Assembly (NCBI RefSeq): GCF_963676685.1
Contig: NC_092348.1
Location: 9,982,001-10,046,000 of the forward strand
Source: Mytilus edulis
Lineage: Eukaryota
DNA: 64,000 nucleotides
Direction of reading: 5' to 3'
Shown: piece by piece, positions 11,311 through 22,580 of the stretch
Position numbering within the stretch: the first letter of the stretch is position 1
Layout: each line of letters starts with the position of its first letter
The notes under the pieces: model-generated
What the model was told of the DNA's origin: nothing
Database searches by the model: none
Seen by the model: only the letters and a program-made list of their open reading frames with translations
Position numbers and translations under genes: made by a program

Positions 11311-12704
11311 TCAGAACAAAATAGTTAGAAAGCCAAAACAAGTACAAGATTGAAGAGCATTGATGACCCAAAATTCCCAAAAAGTATGACAGACAGGAAT
11401 ACGAAACTGTCATTTCATGATATTGGCACGGTTCAAGTCCACATTTCAGCTCGCAAACGTAGCATTTATATCATTTGTAAAGTTAGATTTACTCAGAAAC
11501 TCGTTACAACAACAAAATGAAGCCGAATAAAAGAATTGTCCATGTTCAACTTTGAACTCGAGTGACTGGCAAACTTATGTGGCTTAATAACAATTACATA
11601 ACTTCTTAAGAAATAAAAAACATCAGAACAATATCATCAAAAATACTGAAAAATTAGCTGACAAAATGTCTATTTCTTAAAATTGTCCCAAGTTCAGTGA
11701 CCGGTTTTATGTCAAAATAGGTAAAAAAAAAAAAAAAAAAAAAAAATGTATTCAACTTTTCAAAATAAAACAATATAAAAAATGAACTCAATAAATAAAA
11801 CGGGTAATGGACAAAGGAGGGAAACATAAATTGAAAAGCAATATGTAAAGTTTTACTCAATTTAACTTAATGTTCACATAAATACAGAGCTAAAAAAAGT
11901 ACTTTGTATTTGCATATTTTTTGTCAATACCAACTTTTTGTGTAACTCGAAAACTTTAAATGCAAAACTGTTGTACATCAAGTTTTGAAGTGAAGTGATT
12001 TTTGTGTGGAGAACAGATTAATAATATTAAATGTAAGACAAACGGAGATTGGTGCAAAACTCAGATTTTAGCAAAAGAGACATATAAAATTAAGAACAAT
12101 TGAATTCATTTAAATATAATTACGTCTTCTACCGTTTCACCAACACTTTATGAAAACGATTTAAAAAAATAAAACAAATGGAGAATAATCTGAATTAAAT
12201 CAAAAGATTTGTGCGAGGGTTATAAAGCTATAAAACAAAAGAAAAGAATATAAAAATATAAAACATCATAATGTTTTTTTTTATCTATTTTACCACTGTC
12301 ATATTAGTGGGAGGTTTTGCTAGCTAAAAAAGGTTTTATCACAATTTTCGACATTAAGAAATATCTGTACTTATTAAGGAATATAACAGTTGTTTTTCAT
12401 TTGTTTGGTGTGTTTGAGCTTTTGTTTTTGCCAATTGAGAAAGGACATGCTGTTTAAATGTATTATATAAATGTGGCTCCATGTCTAATGCCATTTCAGT
12501 GGTCGAGTTGTTTGTAGAAGATCTTTTCATTTTAATTAAGGTATCTTTATTGCCGCCTCATGTTTGACAAATTCACTCACACACCACTGATAACAACTAA
12601 TAGTATATTTGATTGAATCATTCGTCAGCTCTTTGGGTTGCCTTTTTCCTACTGCAAGCACTTATTAACTGAAACTATTATATGTTAAACGTGAAATCAA
12701 GTAT

Positions 12705-14090
12705 AAAGTAAAATCACAAAAGTTCTGAACTTAGAGGAAAATCAATTCGGAAAGTCCATAATCACATGGCAAAATCAAATAACAAAACGCAGCCAAAATG
12801 AATGGACAAGAACTGTCATATTCCTGACTTGGTACAGGCATTTTCAAATGTAGAAAATGGTGGATTAAACCTGGTTTTATAGCGCTAACCCTCTCACTTT
12901 GATGACAGTCTCATTAAATAACAGTACATAGTGATTGATATTTTTTTATTTGTAAATGTACCCATAATTGCATTATTATTTGCATTCTCAATAACTTATA
13001 TTATTGACGCAGTGTATTCAATAATAAACTAGTAATAAGTAAGTATACGAACAATTTGGCGCGGAAGATCAATCTCAAAGATGTAAAAAAATCATCACGG
13101 CATATTTTATATTTTTCAAGCCAAAACAAAATAAGAATAAGCAAATGTTTTACTTGTATGTATTTTTTTGTATTCTGTTCATGCATTAAGTTACGACCAT
13201 AAACGTTGCTTTCTTATTGAAAAAGTAAAATCACAAAAATACTGAACTCCGAGGAAAATTCAAAATGGAAAGTCCCTAAACAAATGGCAAAATCAAATGA
13301 TAGAACACATCAAACGAATGGACAACAACTGTCAACCTGACTTGGTACAGATATTTTCAAATGTAGAAAATGGTGTATTGAACCTGGTTTTATAGCGCTA
13401 AACCTTTCACTTGTACGACAGTCGCATAAAAAAATCTATTATATTGACAATGGAAAATGAAGCGTGAACAAAATGTCACAAATATGGGTACAACAACAAC
13501 ATGAACCCCATCATAAACTGAGGGTGATAACAGATGCTCCGGAAGGGTACGCCGATCCTACTCTACGTGTGGCACTTGTCGTGTTGCTCATGTTAATACA
13601 AGGCCGATAAATAGTTTAATTCGGTAGGTCACATTCTTGAAAAGGGAACGGGATTGTAGTTACGACATAAAGAACATATCCGATATCATATGTATAATGG
13701 ATATTTAACCAACGCATGATGGCGTCCGTAAAATTTAAGAAGTTATGATTTCAACTAGGATCTCTTGGTTTAAAAATGAAAAGGTCACAATAAGGAAGCT
13801 GAAATCATCACTTTTGTCGTAAAAATATTTGTTTTCAACCGACCCTCAAAATCAATTTCTAGATATAAGTCATGACCAAATGGCAAAATCAAAAGCTCAA
13901 ACAAATCAAACGAATGGATAACAACTGTCAAATCCCTGACTTGTTAAAGGCATTTTCTTACGTAGAAAATGGTGGATTGAACCTGGTTTTATAGCGCTAA
14001 ACCTCTCACTTGTATGACAGTCGCATCAAATTTAATTATATTTACAACGATGCGTGAACAAAACAGACATAATAGGTAAAATAGTCAAGA
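12705..14090 (-). mobile_element. Cluster of three SINE-like copies of one family (~12705-12920, ~13220-13480, ~13878-14090)
   Basis: Shared CAAATGGCAAAATCAAA...CCTGACTTGGTACAG...AGAAAATGGTGGATT.AACCTGGTTTTATAGCGCTAA block. Further fragments at ~12305-12450 (+) and ~43050-43105 (+). Confidence 0.7.
13500..13875 (-). pseudogene. Decayed 3' fragment of a Penelope-like RT element
   Basis: Minus strand reads EGRLKT../YDKSDDFSFLIVTFSF across a frameshift, homologous to YDKRDDFSFPIVNYPF in the 14816 ORF. Confidence 0.6.
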
Positions 14091-14815
14091 AGGTGAAATA
14101 AAGCATTATATCAAAGCAGTTCATAGAATGTGCTCCAGGACGTCATTTGTTTTAATTTACAATTGCATCTCGTTTTGGATTACAGGTAGGTCTTCAAGGC
14201 TCTCCTTTTTGGAAACAGTTAAGTCTACATACCTCTGAATTTGAATAAAAATGTGGTCTTCATGCCACGAGCTTTAGAAAAAAAGTTTGGTCTTCAGGTG
14301 AAACAAATCCGCAATAATGCTGGAACATATTCAATAACAGTATAATACATAAAACGGGGTATAAAAGGAATAATTAGAATAATTAACAATACAACAGACC
14401 ATACTTACCAACAAGACGGCACTCTCGCAGAAAAATGATTAATGTATGGTTCAGATTGCTTGATTTCATGCAGGTATAAAATGTGGTGGCAGTACGTAGT
14501 TGTTAACCAGTTTTGCATGCACACAACCTTCTACTTTGTTTATCTAGGCTATGTGTGTACGTAAAAGTAAAAACAAAACATTCAAAGTTACAGCTGATCA
14601 AAACTTAACATTTTCTTAACTCTGACCATGCATGGTAAAAACTATTCATGTTTGCAAATTATTAGCCATCAGTGTCGGGAATAAGTGAATTAAGTAAGAA
14701 AACCGCTGAGCATGATCACACATAAAAACTCTCACAACTGACTTCATTTTCAGAAAACGACATCTGTAACAAACATAAACTTTTAGCTACTTCTTTACAA
14801 GCAGAACCAAACACA

Positions 14816-16123
14816 ATGAAAGTCCCAACTATGTACTGGCTTCCGAAGCTGCACAAAAAACCTTACAAATATAGATTTATTTCATCTTCCAGCCATTGTT
14901 CAACTACTAAATTGTCTGTTTTACTTACTAGTACACTTGGTACAATAAAAAACCTGATAATAAATTGTTCAAATAAGGCCTTTGAAAATAGTGGAATTAA
15001 TTACTTTTGGAGTGTCAAAAACTCGTTGGAAGTACTTGATAAATTGCATGCATATATTGGTGATTTTGAATCTGTTCAAAGTTTTGATTTTTCTACCCTA
15101 TATACCACTTTGCCTCATATTCTTATTAAGAAAAAATTCACATCCCTAATTAACTGGGCATTTAAAAAGTCGGAATGCGAGTACATATGTTCAAACTCTT
15201 TTAGATCATTTTTTAGTAGCAATAAACAAAAGAACTATGTCAATTGGACATGCTTTGATACTATTTATGCACTTGAATTTTTACTTGATAACATTTTTGT
15301 TCGCTTTGGAGATTCCGTATATCGTCAAGTTATTGGAATTCCAATGGGGACTAACTGTGCACCACTTATTGCGGACCTGTTTTTGTATTGTTATGAGTTA
15401 CAATTTATGACTAAAATTAGCAAAGACCCATCAAAACAACATTTGATACAAAAATTTAACAATACTTTTAGATATTTGGATGATATATTGGCTCTAAATA
15501 ATGACGACTTCAGTATGTATACTAAAGAAATTTATCCTGTAGAACTTACTTTAAATAAAGCTAATGATAACAATGACCACTGCCCTTTCCTCGATCTTGA
15601 TATCTATATCATAAACGGGAAGCTTAATACAAAAATTTATGATAAAAGAGATGATTTTTCATTTCCTATTGTTAATTATCCATTTTTAGATGGTGACGTT
15701 CCCTTGTCACCATCTTATGGTGTTTATATATCTCAACTTGTACGATTCGCTCGTGTATGTAACAATGTATTAGATTTTAGCGAGAGAAATTTATGTATTA
15801 CTGAAAAATTATTACACCAGGGTTTTCGATATCACAAACTGGTCAAAACATTTACTAAATTTTATCACCGGTATAAGGAAATAATTCGTAAATATAACTC
15901 AACATGCAGACATCTTATACGTTCAGGTATTTCACATCCAAAATTTTATGGAAATATTCTTTATAAAGCACAAAAATGTCAGTATTCTCCTCAGAAACTA
16001 ACAAAACCTTTAAATAGACTTATTAAAAGGGGATATAGTTACGATACTGTTGTCAGGTCATTAAAGATTGCATATTTTGGCTTTAACATTGATTCACTGA
16101 TAGGGTCTTTGCATCGGAACTAA
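14816..16123 (+). CDS. Penelope-like reverse transcriptase (N-terminally truncated)
   Basis: YWLPKLHK..RFI, DFSTLYT, GIPMGTNCAPLIADLFL, FRYLDD, PFLD, YDKRDDF, YISQLVRFARVC. Confidence 0.9.
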   Translation: MKVPTMYWLPKLHKKPYKYRFISSSSHCSTTKLSVLLTSTLGTIKNLIINCSNKAFENSGINYFWSVKNSLEVLDKLHAYIGDFESVQSFDFSTLYTTLPHILIKKKFTSLINWAFKKSECEYICSNSFRSFFSSNKQKNYVNWTCFDTIYALEFLLDNIFVRFGDSVYRQVIGIPMGTNCAPLIADLFLYCYELQFMTKISKDPSKQHLIQKFNNTFRYLDDILALNNDDFSMYTKEIYPVELTLNKANDNNDHCPFLDLDIYIINGKLNTKIYDKRDDFSFPIVNYPFLDGDVPLSPSYGVYISQLVRFARVCNNVLDFSERNLCITEKLLHQGFRYHKLVKTFTKFYHRYKEIIRKYNSTCRHLIRSGISHPKFYGNILYKAQKCQYSPQKLTKPLNRLIKRGYSYDTVVRSLKIAYFGFNIDSLIGSLHRN

Positions 16124-16178
16124 ACACATTTATTTCTAAAAAAAACAGTTGTTGGCATGACACGGGTTATGTTCTTCT

Positions 16179-16243
16179 CATATATTTTATGATAGTATGA
16201 TACTAAACCCCTAACGGGAGGGATTGTACCTGATATTCATATG
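16179..16243 (+). promoter_or_regulatory. SECIS-like element (type II) in the retroelement 3' UTR
   Basis: CAUAU..AUGA(16189)-UAGUAUGAUACU-AAA(16205)-CCC..GGG ministem-GGGAUUGUACC-UGAU(16231)..AUAUG; helix II GUAUGAU/AUUGUAC; 12 nt between AUGA and AAA. Confidence 0.65.
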
Positions 16244-17749
16244 ATGAAGACATAATCTTTCAATCAGTTTAATTGAGGTCTGGAGCTGGCATGTCAGTTA
16301 ACTGCTAGTAGTCTGTTGTTATTTATGTATTATTGTCATTTTATTTATTTTCTTTTGTTACATCTTTTGACATCAGACTCGGACTTCTCTTGAACTGAAT
16401 TTTAATGTGCGTATTGTTATTCTTTTACTTTTCTACATTGGCTAGAGGTATAGGGGGAGGGTTGAGATCTCATAAACATGTTTAACCCCGCCGCAATTTT
16501 GCGCCTGTCCCAAGTCAGGAGCCTCTGGCCTTTGTTAGTCTTGTATGATTTTAAATTTTAGTTTCTTGTGTATAATTCGGAGTTCAGTATGACGTCCATT
16601 ATCACTGTACTATTATGCATATTTTAGGGGCCAGCTGAAGGACACCTACGGGTGCGGGAATTCTCGCTTCATTGAAGACCCATTGGTTGCCTTCGGCTGT
16701 TGTTTGCTCTATGGTCGGGTGGTTGTCGCTTTGACATATTCACCATTTCCTTTCTCAATTTTATTGATGCTGATTACTGCTGAATTGCTCTAAGAATGTA
16801 ACATTGTCTTGTCATTTTCGTTCATTGGGTTTTATGTTTATATTAAAGTTAGATTAACTATTAAAGCTTCTATCTTACACTGTTCGAACATGTACCAAGT
16901 CTCCAATACCACCGTTACATTTCCGATGTTAGATCGGCTAATATAAAGTGTTTCCCGTTTAACATTTCAAATAATTTTGTTACTCTGTTCGAGGGTATTA
17001 CTCAATGTAGCTTTTCTTTTAGAATAACAGGGATCAACCTTTGTGGCACTTATTAATTTGAATCTGTTTATTTCCATTTTTCTAATTTCATGTGGATCTT
17101 TGGGCTAAAATGTCCGTGTTTTCACCTCAAATTTTACTCTGAGTACAGATTACCCTATGGATCTGGAAAGTTTCTAGACAAAGTTTGCCCTAGATGAAAA
17201 GAATTCTCGTGCATTTAATTTTTTAGAAAATTTAAAACGTATTTGGATTTCAAAAGTGCATTTTTTTCGTTCCTGCAGAATTAGATAATTATTGAATTGT
17301 TCTTATATTTATGTAAAATATTTTGACAACTTATCGATGGACATTTGAAATAAAATGAAAGATAAGAAAACTTACCTAACCTATTCTTAATCACCTGTTA
17401 AAACAAACCTTAATCACCTGTTAAAACACACCTTGCTTGTATAATAACAATTACAATGTGTTACATAACCTGATAACTTTATTAAATAATTTATTATGTC
17501 ACTATGAAGGAATGTTCATTATTCGAGATGGCTTCTAAAACTAAGATATGTTGGCAGTATTAGTCACAGCTTTTTTTATTATTATTATCAAGGACGTATA
17601 ACTAACATACGTCCTTGTTATTATTGATTTAAATATTTACACACAGATGGATTCAAAGATATATTCAAAGATATGTATTGTTCAACTAGATAGATTCATA
17701 GATAACTCAGTTTTTGCATGGATCATTTTTTGGCTACCTCTGGCAACCT

Positions 17750-17750
17750 G

Positions 17751-17789
<39 letters not shown>
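17750..17789. repeat. (TA)n(GA)n microsatellite
   Basis: Directly visible. Confidence 0.9.
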
Positions 17790-17791
<2 letters not shown>

Positions 17792-18726
17792 ATAAGAAAG
17801 ATGTAAGATCCTGGAATACAGCGATCAACTATATCTGGCCCGGTATACAGCGATCCACAAAATGTGCTTTTGATCACTAAAATATAGACCAACTTTAACT
17901 GTAGAACTTTTATCACACGTAGCGAAGGTGCCAAACAAAACACGAACAAATGTTTTCATAAATCTAACTGACTTCTGCATGTTCTGCAATTATTGGCAAC
18001 AAATGGTTAATCATCAATGGAGAAGAATTTTAAAAACTGGAACTTCCTCACGAGTATAAACATGTATCGTCGTGTCATAGGTTGTCATATATGTTTTCGT
18101 ATCATCCACATTTCCTCGGTTTCGATTCCACACGCGTTACATACGTTATGACGTGTTTTTCGGTTTCTATATTTGGAACACCAAAAACACTACATTTTGA
18201 CAAATTCAAAACATATTCAAATTCGCGTTAAAAGACGTTAGAACAAATTTTAAAAAACTGACCTCACGGTTTAGCCATTTTTATTTAATGTCAAAAATAT
18301 CATACTAGAATAGTTGTTGAGAAAAACTCTCAAGGTATACATGAAGTACAGCTATGTCGTTTGCCTGTTAGACACAGGATCTTTACTGAGACATGCGACT
18401 GTCCAACTTCCAAAGCAAGGTTGTCGGCTCTTCGGACATTCCCGAAGTCCTGCGTTTAACGTTTTGATTGCCGAGTTTATGAGCTTCGGTCCTTGTTTGG
18501 AAGTTGGCGACTGTCATGTTTTTTTTTGTCGTTTTCATTACAAACCAGCGAGTTAAAATTAACAGGGTTCTTATATATCCTATGAGTCACAAAGCTCGAC
18601 AATACATGGTAATAAAAAATCAAAGCTAAGTCTACAGAAAAAATAAGAAAAAATGTCCTTAGGTGAACGACTTATCAACATAGCAGGATATAAAATGGTT
18701 GTTCAAAAAGGCTCCATTCATTCAAT

Positions 18727-19117
18727 ATTCTAATGCAACAACGTTTGTAACGTTCATTTTGATTGGATAACGTCACTTTCTTACATGGCATCAATTGACA
18801 TTTGATGCTATGGGCGTACGCGCATGCGCAGACGACATATGACAGATTTTAATTACGTGTTTTAACGTTGTTTTCTGTCAGTTTCATTAGAATGGAGATA
18901 ACAATATTGTATTTTAAGCTCCGACGGCATCAATTGGGGATTTGATGGTCGCAAATACCCGTTTACTGTCTCCGCTAACGCGTCGCCAGTAAACTAATTT
19001 GCGACCATCAAATCCCCGTTTACTGTCTCCGCTAACGCGTCGCCAGTAAACTTATTTTGCGACCATCAAATCCCCAATTGATGCCGTCGGAGCTTAAAAT
19101 ACAATACAGTTATCTCC
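18727..19117. mobile_element. Non-autonomous hairpin element (Crypton-N-like architecture, inferred)
   Basis: Short IR ATTCTAATG (18727) / CATTAGAAT (18885-18893), then a long foldback 18894-19117 containing a 57-bp internal tandem duplication. Confidence 0.65.
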
Positions 19118-19421
19118 TAATTCTATTGATAATTCTTTTTATACATCCTTTAAACATAAAGATGAAAACAGTCTTTTAAATAGCTTTTTGCATTTAATCA
19201 CAAAGTTTGAAAACTGCATTTTAAATTAAACAAAAATGTCTTTTGTAGAAACCAAGTGCCGGCAATCTGAAAAAAAAATCACAATGTTATAATTTCAACA
19301 TATGAATCATCAACCAAAAACTATTTACTAGTTAGTTTTAGAATTGAAAAGAATTCAATATTTTTTGTTTATGATTCAAGCAATAACCAGAACAACGACT
19401 TTAGAAAATACAATTTCAATC

Positions 19422-19495
19422 ATGGCATCTGGGGTTCAGCTCGGAACTTATAGTCTGGTTATAGCTAGACTTAAATCTGTTTTGGAACAGGGGAG
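19422..19495 (+). CDS. Candidate upstream coding exon of the POMGNT2-like gene
   Basis: MASGVQLGTYSLVIARLKSVLEQG + AG|GTAATC donor (phase 2) joins in frame to the acceptor at 22570/22571. Confidence 0.35.
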
Positions 19496-19832
19496 GTAAT
19501 CAAATAAAACTAAGCAGACAGCTGACAAACCTTTTTAAAGTATCTGGCATTATATGTGGTATAGTTTATCTTTTTCAAATACATGGACCCTATTTTCTTC
19601 CGATTGCCCATATTTATTACGTTTGTCAGAACGTCTAGTGCCTGTGGATTTTCACTAACAAGATGAAAATCACAAAGATGTTGAAAATGCAAAATTGTCT
19701 GAGAAAAAAACTGTGTACATGTATCTGACAATGTCAATTTATTTGGTGACAGTGAGGAACTGCTTATATGATTATGGAATACATTTTGATATATTATCTG
19801 TACTATAATTTAATAGCATATATATATTATTA

Positions 19833-20060
19833 GGCAGCAACCATTTGATTTTCTGGAGGGGGGGCTATGGATTTTTTTTCTGGACAAACTTTTATTTTCG
19901 TCTTTGACGAAAGACAATCTAATTTTTTTTGGCGACAAGTCGAAAACAATTTTTTTCTGTCAATTTTTACAATACATATAGTGGCAGTTGAGGGTGAAAC
20001 AAACATTTTTTTTTCTCGGTGTCAAAAACAAAAAAAAAAGAAAATCAAATGGTTGCTGCC
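19833..20060. mobile_element. PIF/Harbinger-type MITE
   Basis: TIR GGCAGCAACCATTTGATTTTCT / AGAAAATCAAATGGTTGCTGCC; TTA on both sides. Confidence 0.8.
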
Positions 20061-20083
20061 TTATTAAATGATATGAGCAAATA

Positions 20084-20250
20084 CACCTTATCACTAATCC
20101 CGGCTGACCCGGCTGCTAACGGCGCTTGAACTTTTGACGCATACAACAATCACTTTTTCATTGTGGCGTCAGCTATTTTGTTTTATGACGTCATAATTTT
20201 ACGGGAACCTGTGTGATATCCAGTAATGACGGACAAATAGCAATAAGGTG
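20084..20250. mobile_element. Small MITE with TA flanks
   Basis: CACCTTAT... / ...ATAAGGTG termini flanked by TA. Confidence 0.5.
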
Positions 20251-20666
20251 TATAAGCCCTAATACGGATAAATCAGCATGTGCAATACTGAAAACTTTCC
20301 ACTGTCGATATAAATCAAGATTTATTAATTAACCAACTAAGTACCCTATTGCCAAAAATTACTGTTTATTATAAACCCTAACTGGGCTTAATACAGACAA
20401 ACTGGGCATTAATACAGGGCCATTACAGAAAAACAGCTAGGGCCATTAAAGAAAAACAGCTAGGTCCATTACAAAAAAAACAGGGCCATTACAGAGAAAC
20501 TGTGTTAATATCAAATATAATAAATATATTACTAGTAACTACTAATATTTAATCATATGAAAGATTTTTATAGTTACAAATAATTGCTCATATCAATCTT
20601 ATGCATTTATGTGTAATGTACATGCATGACATATCTTGCAAATATCCAGAAAATGTTATTTCTTAA

Positions 20667-21247
20667 AGGAGTAGGTCCGGTAAGGACAGATTTTGGCCTC
20701 AAATTTCAGATTCATCTGACGAAAGATTTTGACCACTTTATAAACACTTAGGTGTCTATTTCATTTGATTCAATTAATTTATGTGAAAGATTTTAACTAA
20801 TTAAGTCATTAAAAACGTTCCAATTCAAGCTTAAATATGAAAAATCTACCAAACATGCTGAAAAATGTCACTTTTCAGATGTTTTTTGTCAAAAATGAAA
20901 GTGGCCAATCCGTGTTCATTCTCAACCTTTATATATGTTATGTATTATCATCAAATACAACTTACATTCCAATATTTAGGATGAATGCGAATGCGGCCAC
21001 TTTTGTTTTACACGGAAACCGTCTAAAATTTAACTAAAATGCTAGAATTATGAAGATTTCAGTAATTTAGCATGACTTATTGGAGCTATTACCATATATA
21101 TATGTGCATTGTATTGTCAAAAACAGCCCATATTTATGAAGCAGAAGCATTCTACTGTCCATTAAATAACTAAAAGTTTACATTTTAACAATTTCGTAAA
21201 AGTGCTATATTTTGGGGCCAAAAAGGTGTCTTACTGGACCTACTCCT
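20667..21247. mobile_element. Non-autonomous Kolobok-type element (581 bp)
   Basis: TIR AGGAGTAGGTCCGGTAAG / CTTACTGGACCTACTCCT (1 mismatch); flanks TTAA / TTAT. Confidence 0.8.
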
Positions 21248-21690
21248 TTATAATTCCATGTGATATGAGAAATCAGTGGTTAAGATCTGAAGAAATGTTA
21301 CCGTATCATACCTTCTTTTTTAAGATACAACTTCCATGCATATGCTGACTAGATAATTACACATAGACGCCATTGTCTGTACATGCATATCCATCAATTC
21401 AGAAAAGTAGTACAGTAAACCAACATATTTTTTACAAGTGATTTATTTTCATGAATTATATATTAATGTGAGAAGAAAACTAATGCGAATTATATTATTG
21501 CAAATTTTCAAACTGTGATCTTCTTTTATATGGGGGTCTTGAACATGCTTGAAATATCTGCCACTGGATGTAAAGCAGCCAAAAATCAATCAATGTCATG
21601 TATGAAAGCATCAACAAATAAATTGTTACATAGAAAAGGTTTAACACAAAGAAAAATTATCTGGAAAAAATAAATTGTTTTACAGTATTT

Positions 21691-22485
21691 TTAGCTCACC
21701 TGGACTAAAAGGCCAAGTGAGCTTTTCTCATCACTTGGCGACTGTCGTGCGTCATCGTCGTGCGTCGTCGTTAACTTTTACAAATATCTTCTCCTCTGAA
21801 ACTACTGGGCCAAATTTAACCAAACTTGGCCACAACTATCATTGGGGTACCTAGTTTAAAATATGTTCCCGGTGACCCAGCCAACCAACCAAGATGGCCA
21901 CCATGGCTAAAAATAGAACATAGGGGTAAAATGTAGATTTTGGCTTATAAGTCTGGAACCAAAGCATTTAGAGCAATTGGATAAGGGGTTAAATTGTTTA
22001 TCAAATCAAGACCTATCTGCCCTGAAATTGTCAGATGAATTGGGCAACCGATTGTTGGGTTGCTGCCCCTGAATTTTTAAGGAAACTTTGCCATTTTTGG
22101 TTATTATCTTGAATATTATTATAGATAGAGATAAACTGTAAACAGCAATTATGTTCAGCAAATTAAGATCTACAAATAAGTCAACATGACCAAATGGTCA
22201 GTTGACTCCTTAAGGAGTTATTGCTCTTTACAGTCAATTTTTAACAATTTTCATAAAATATGATGTAATTTTGTAAATTTTAACAAAATGTTTTCCTCTG
22301 TAACTAATGGGCCAAGTTCATTATAGATAGAGATAATTGTAAGTAGCAAGAATGTTCAGTAAAGTAAGATTTACAAACACATCACCATCACCAAAACACA
22401 ATTTTGTCATGAATCCATCTGTGTCTTTTGTTTAATATGCACATAGACCAAGGTGAGCGACACAGGCTCTTACGAGACTCTAGTT
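21691..22485 (+). mobile_element. Helentron-associated non-autonomous element (HINE/DINE-1-like)
   Basis: 5' subTIR GCTCACCT with a nearby inverted copy, (CGT)n microsatellite, 3' subTIR AGGTGAGC, short terminal hairpin, T-rich insertion site. Confidence 0.8.
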
Positions 22486-22580
22486 TCAAATATAGCATGG
22501 TTTGACGGAAGATTGTTGTCAAGTATGCAAATCCAAACTCTACTTAATTGCTTGATATTTCTGTTTGCAGGATACACAAA

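Larger units (their letters stand above)
10872..11385 (-). mobile_element. Non-LTR retrozyme-like tandem repeat (~361-bp unit, ~1.4 copies)
   Basis: ATAGTTATCAAAGGTACCAGG recurs at 10872 and 11233 with ~150 bp of continued similarity; each copy holds a hammerhead-shaped motif on the minus strand. Confidence 0.75.
14735..16764 (+). mobile_element. 5'-truncated Penelope-like retroelement (Naiad-type), RT plus 3' UTR
   Basis: RT frame is open from ~14726, upstream of the first ATG; no C-terminal GIY-YIG; ~640-bp 3' UTR ending CTCAATTTTAT, with the terminal ~90 bp recurring elsewhere in the window. The 5' boundary is approximate. Confidence 0.75.

Noticed and set aside
22548-22580. ORF-track start (TTG) of the glycosyltransferase
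   Set aside because: Upstream of the TTTGCAG acceptor at 22570, so intronic.
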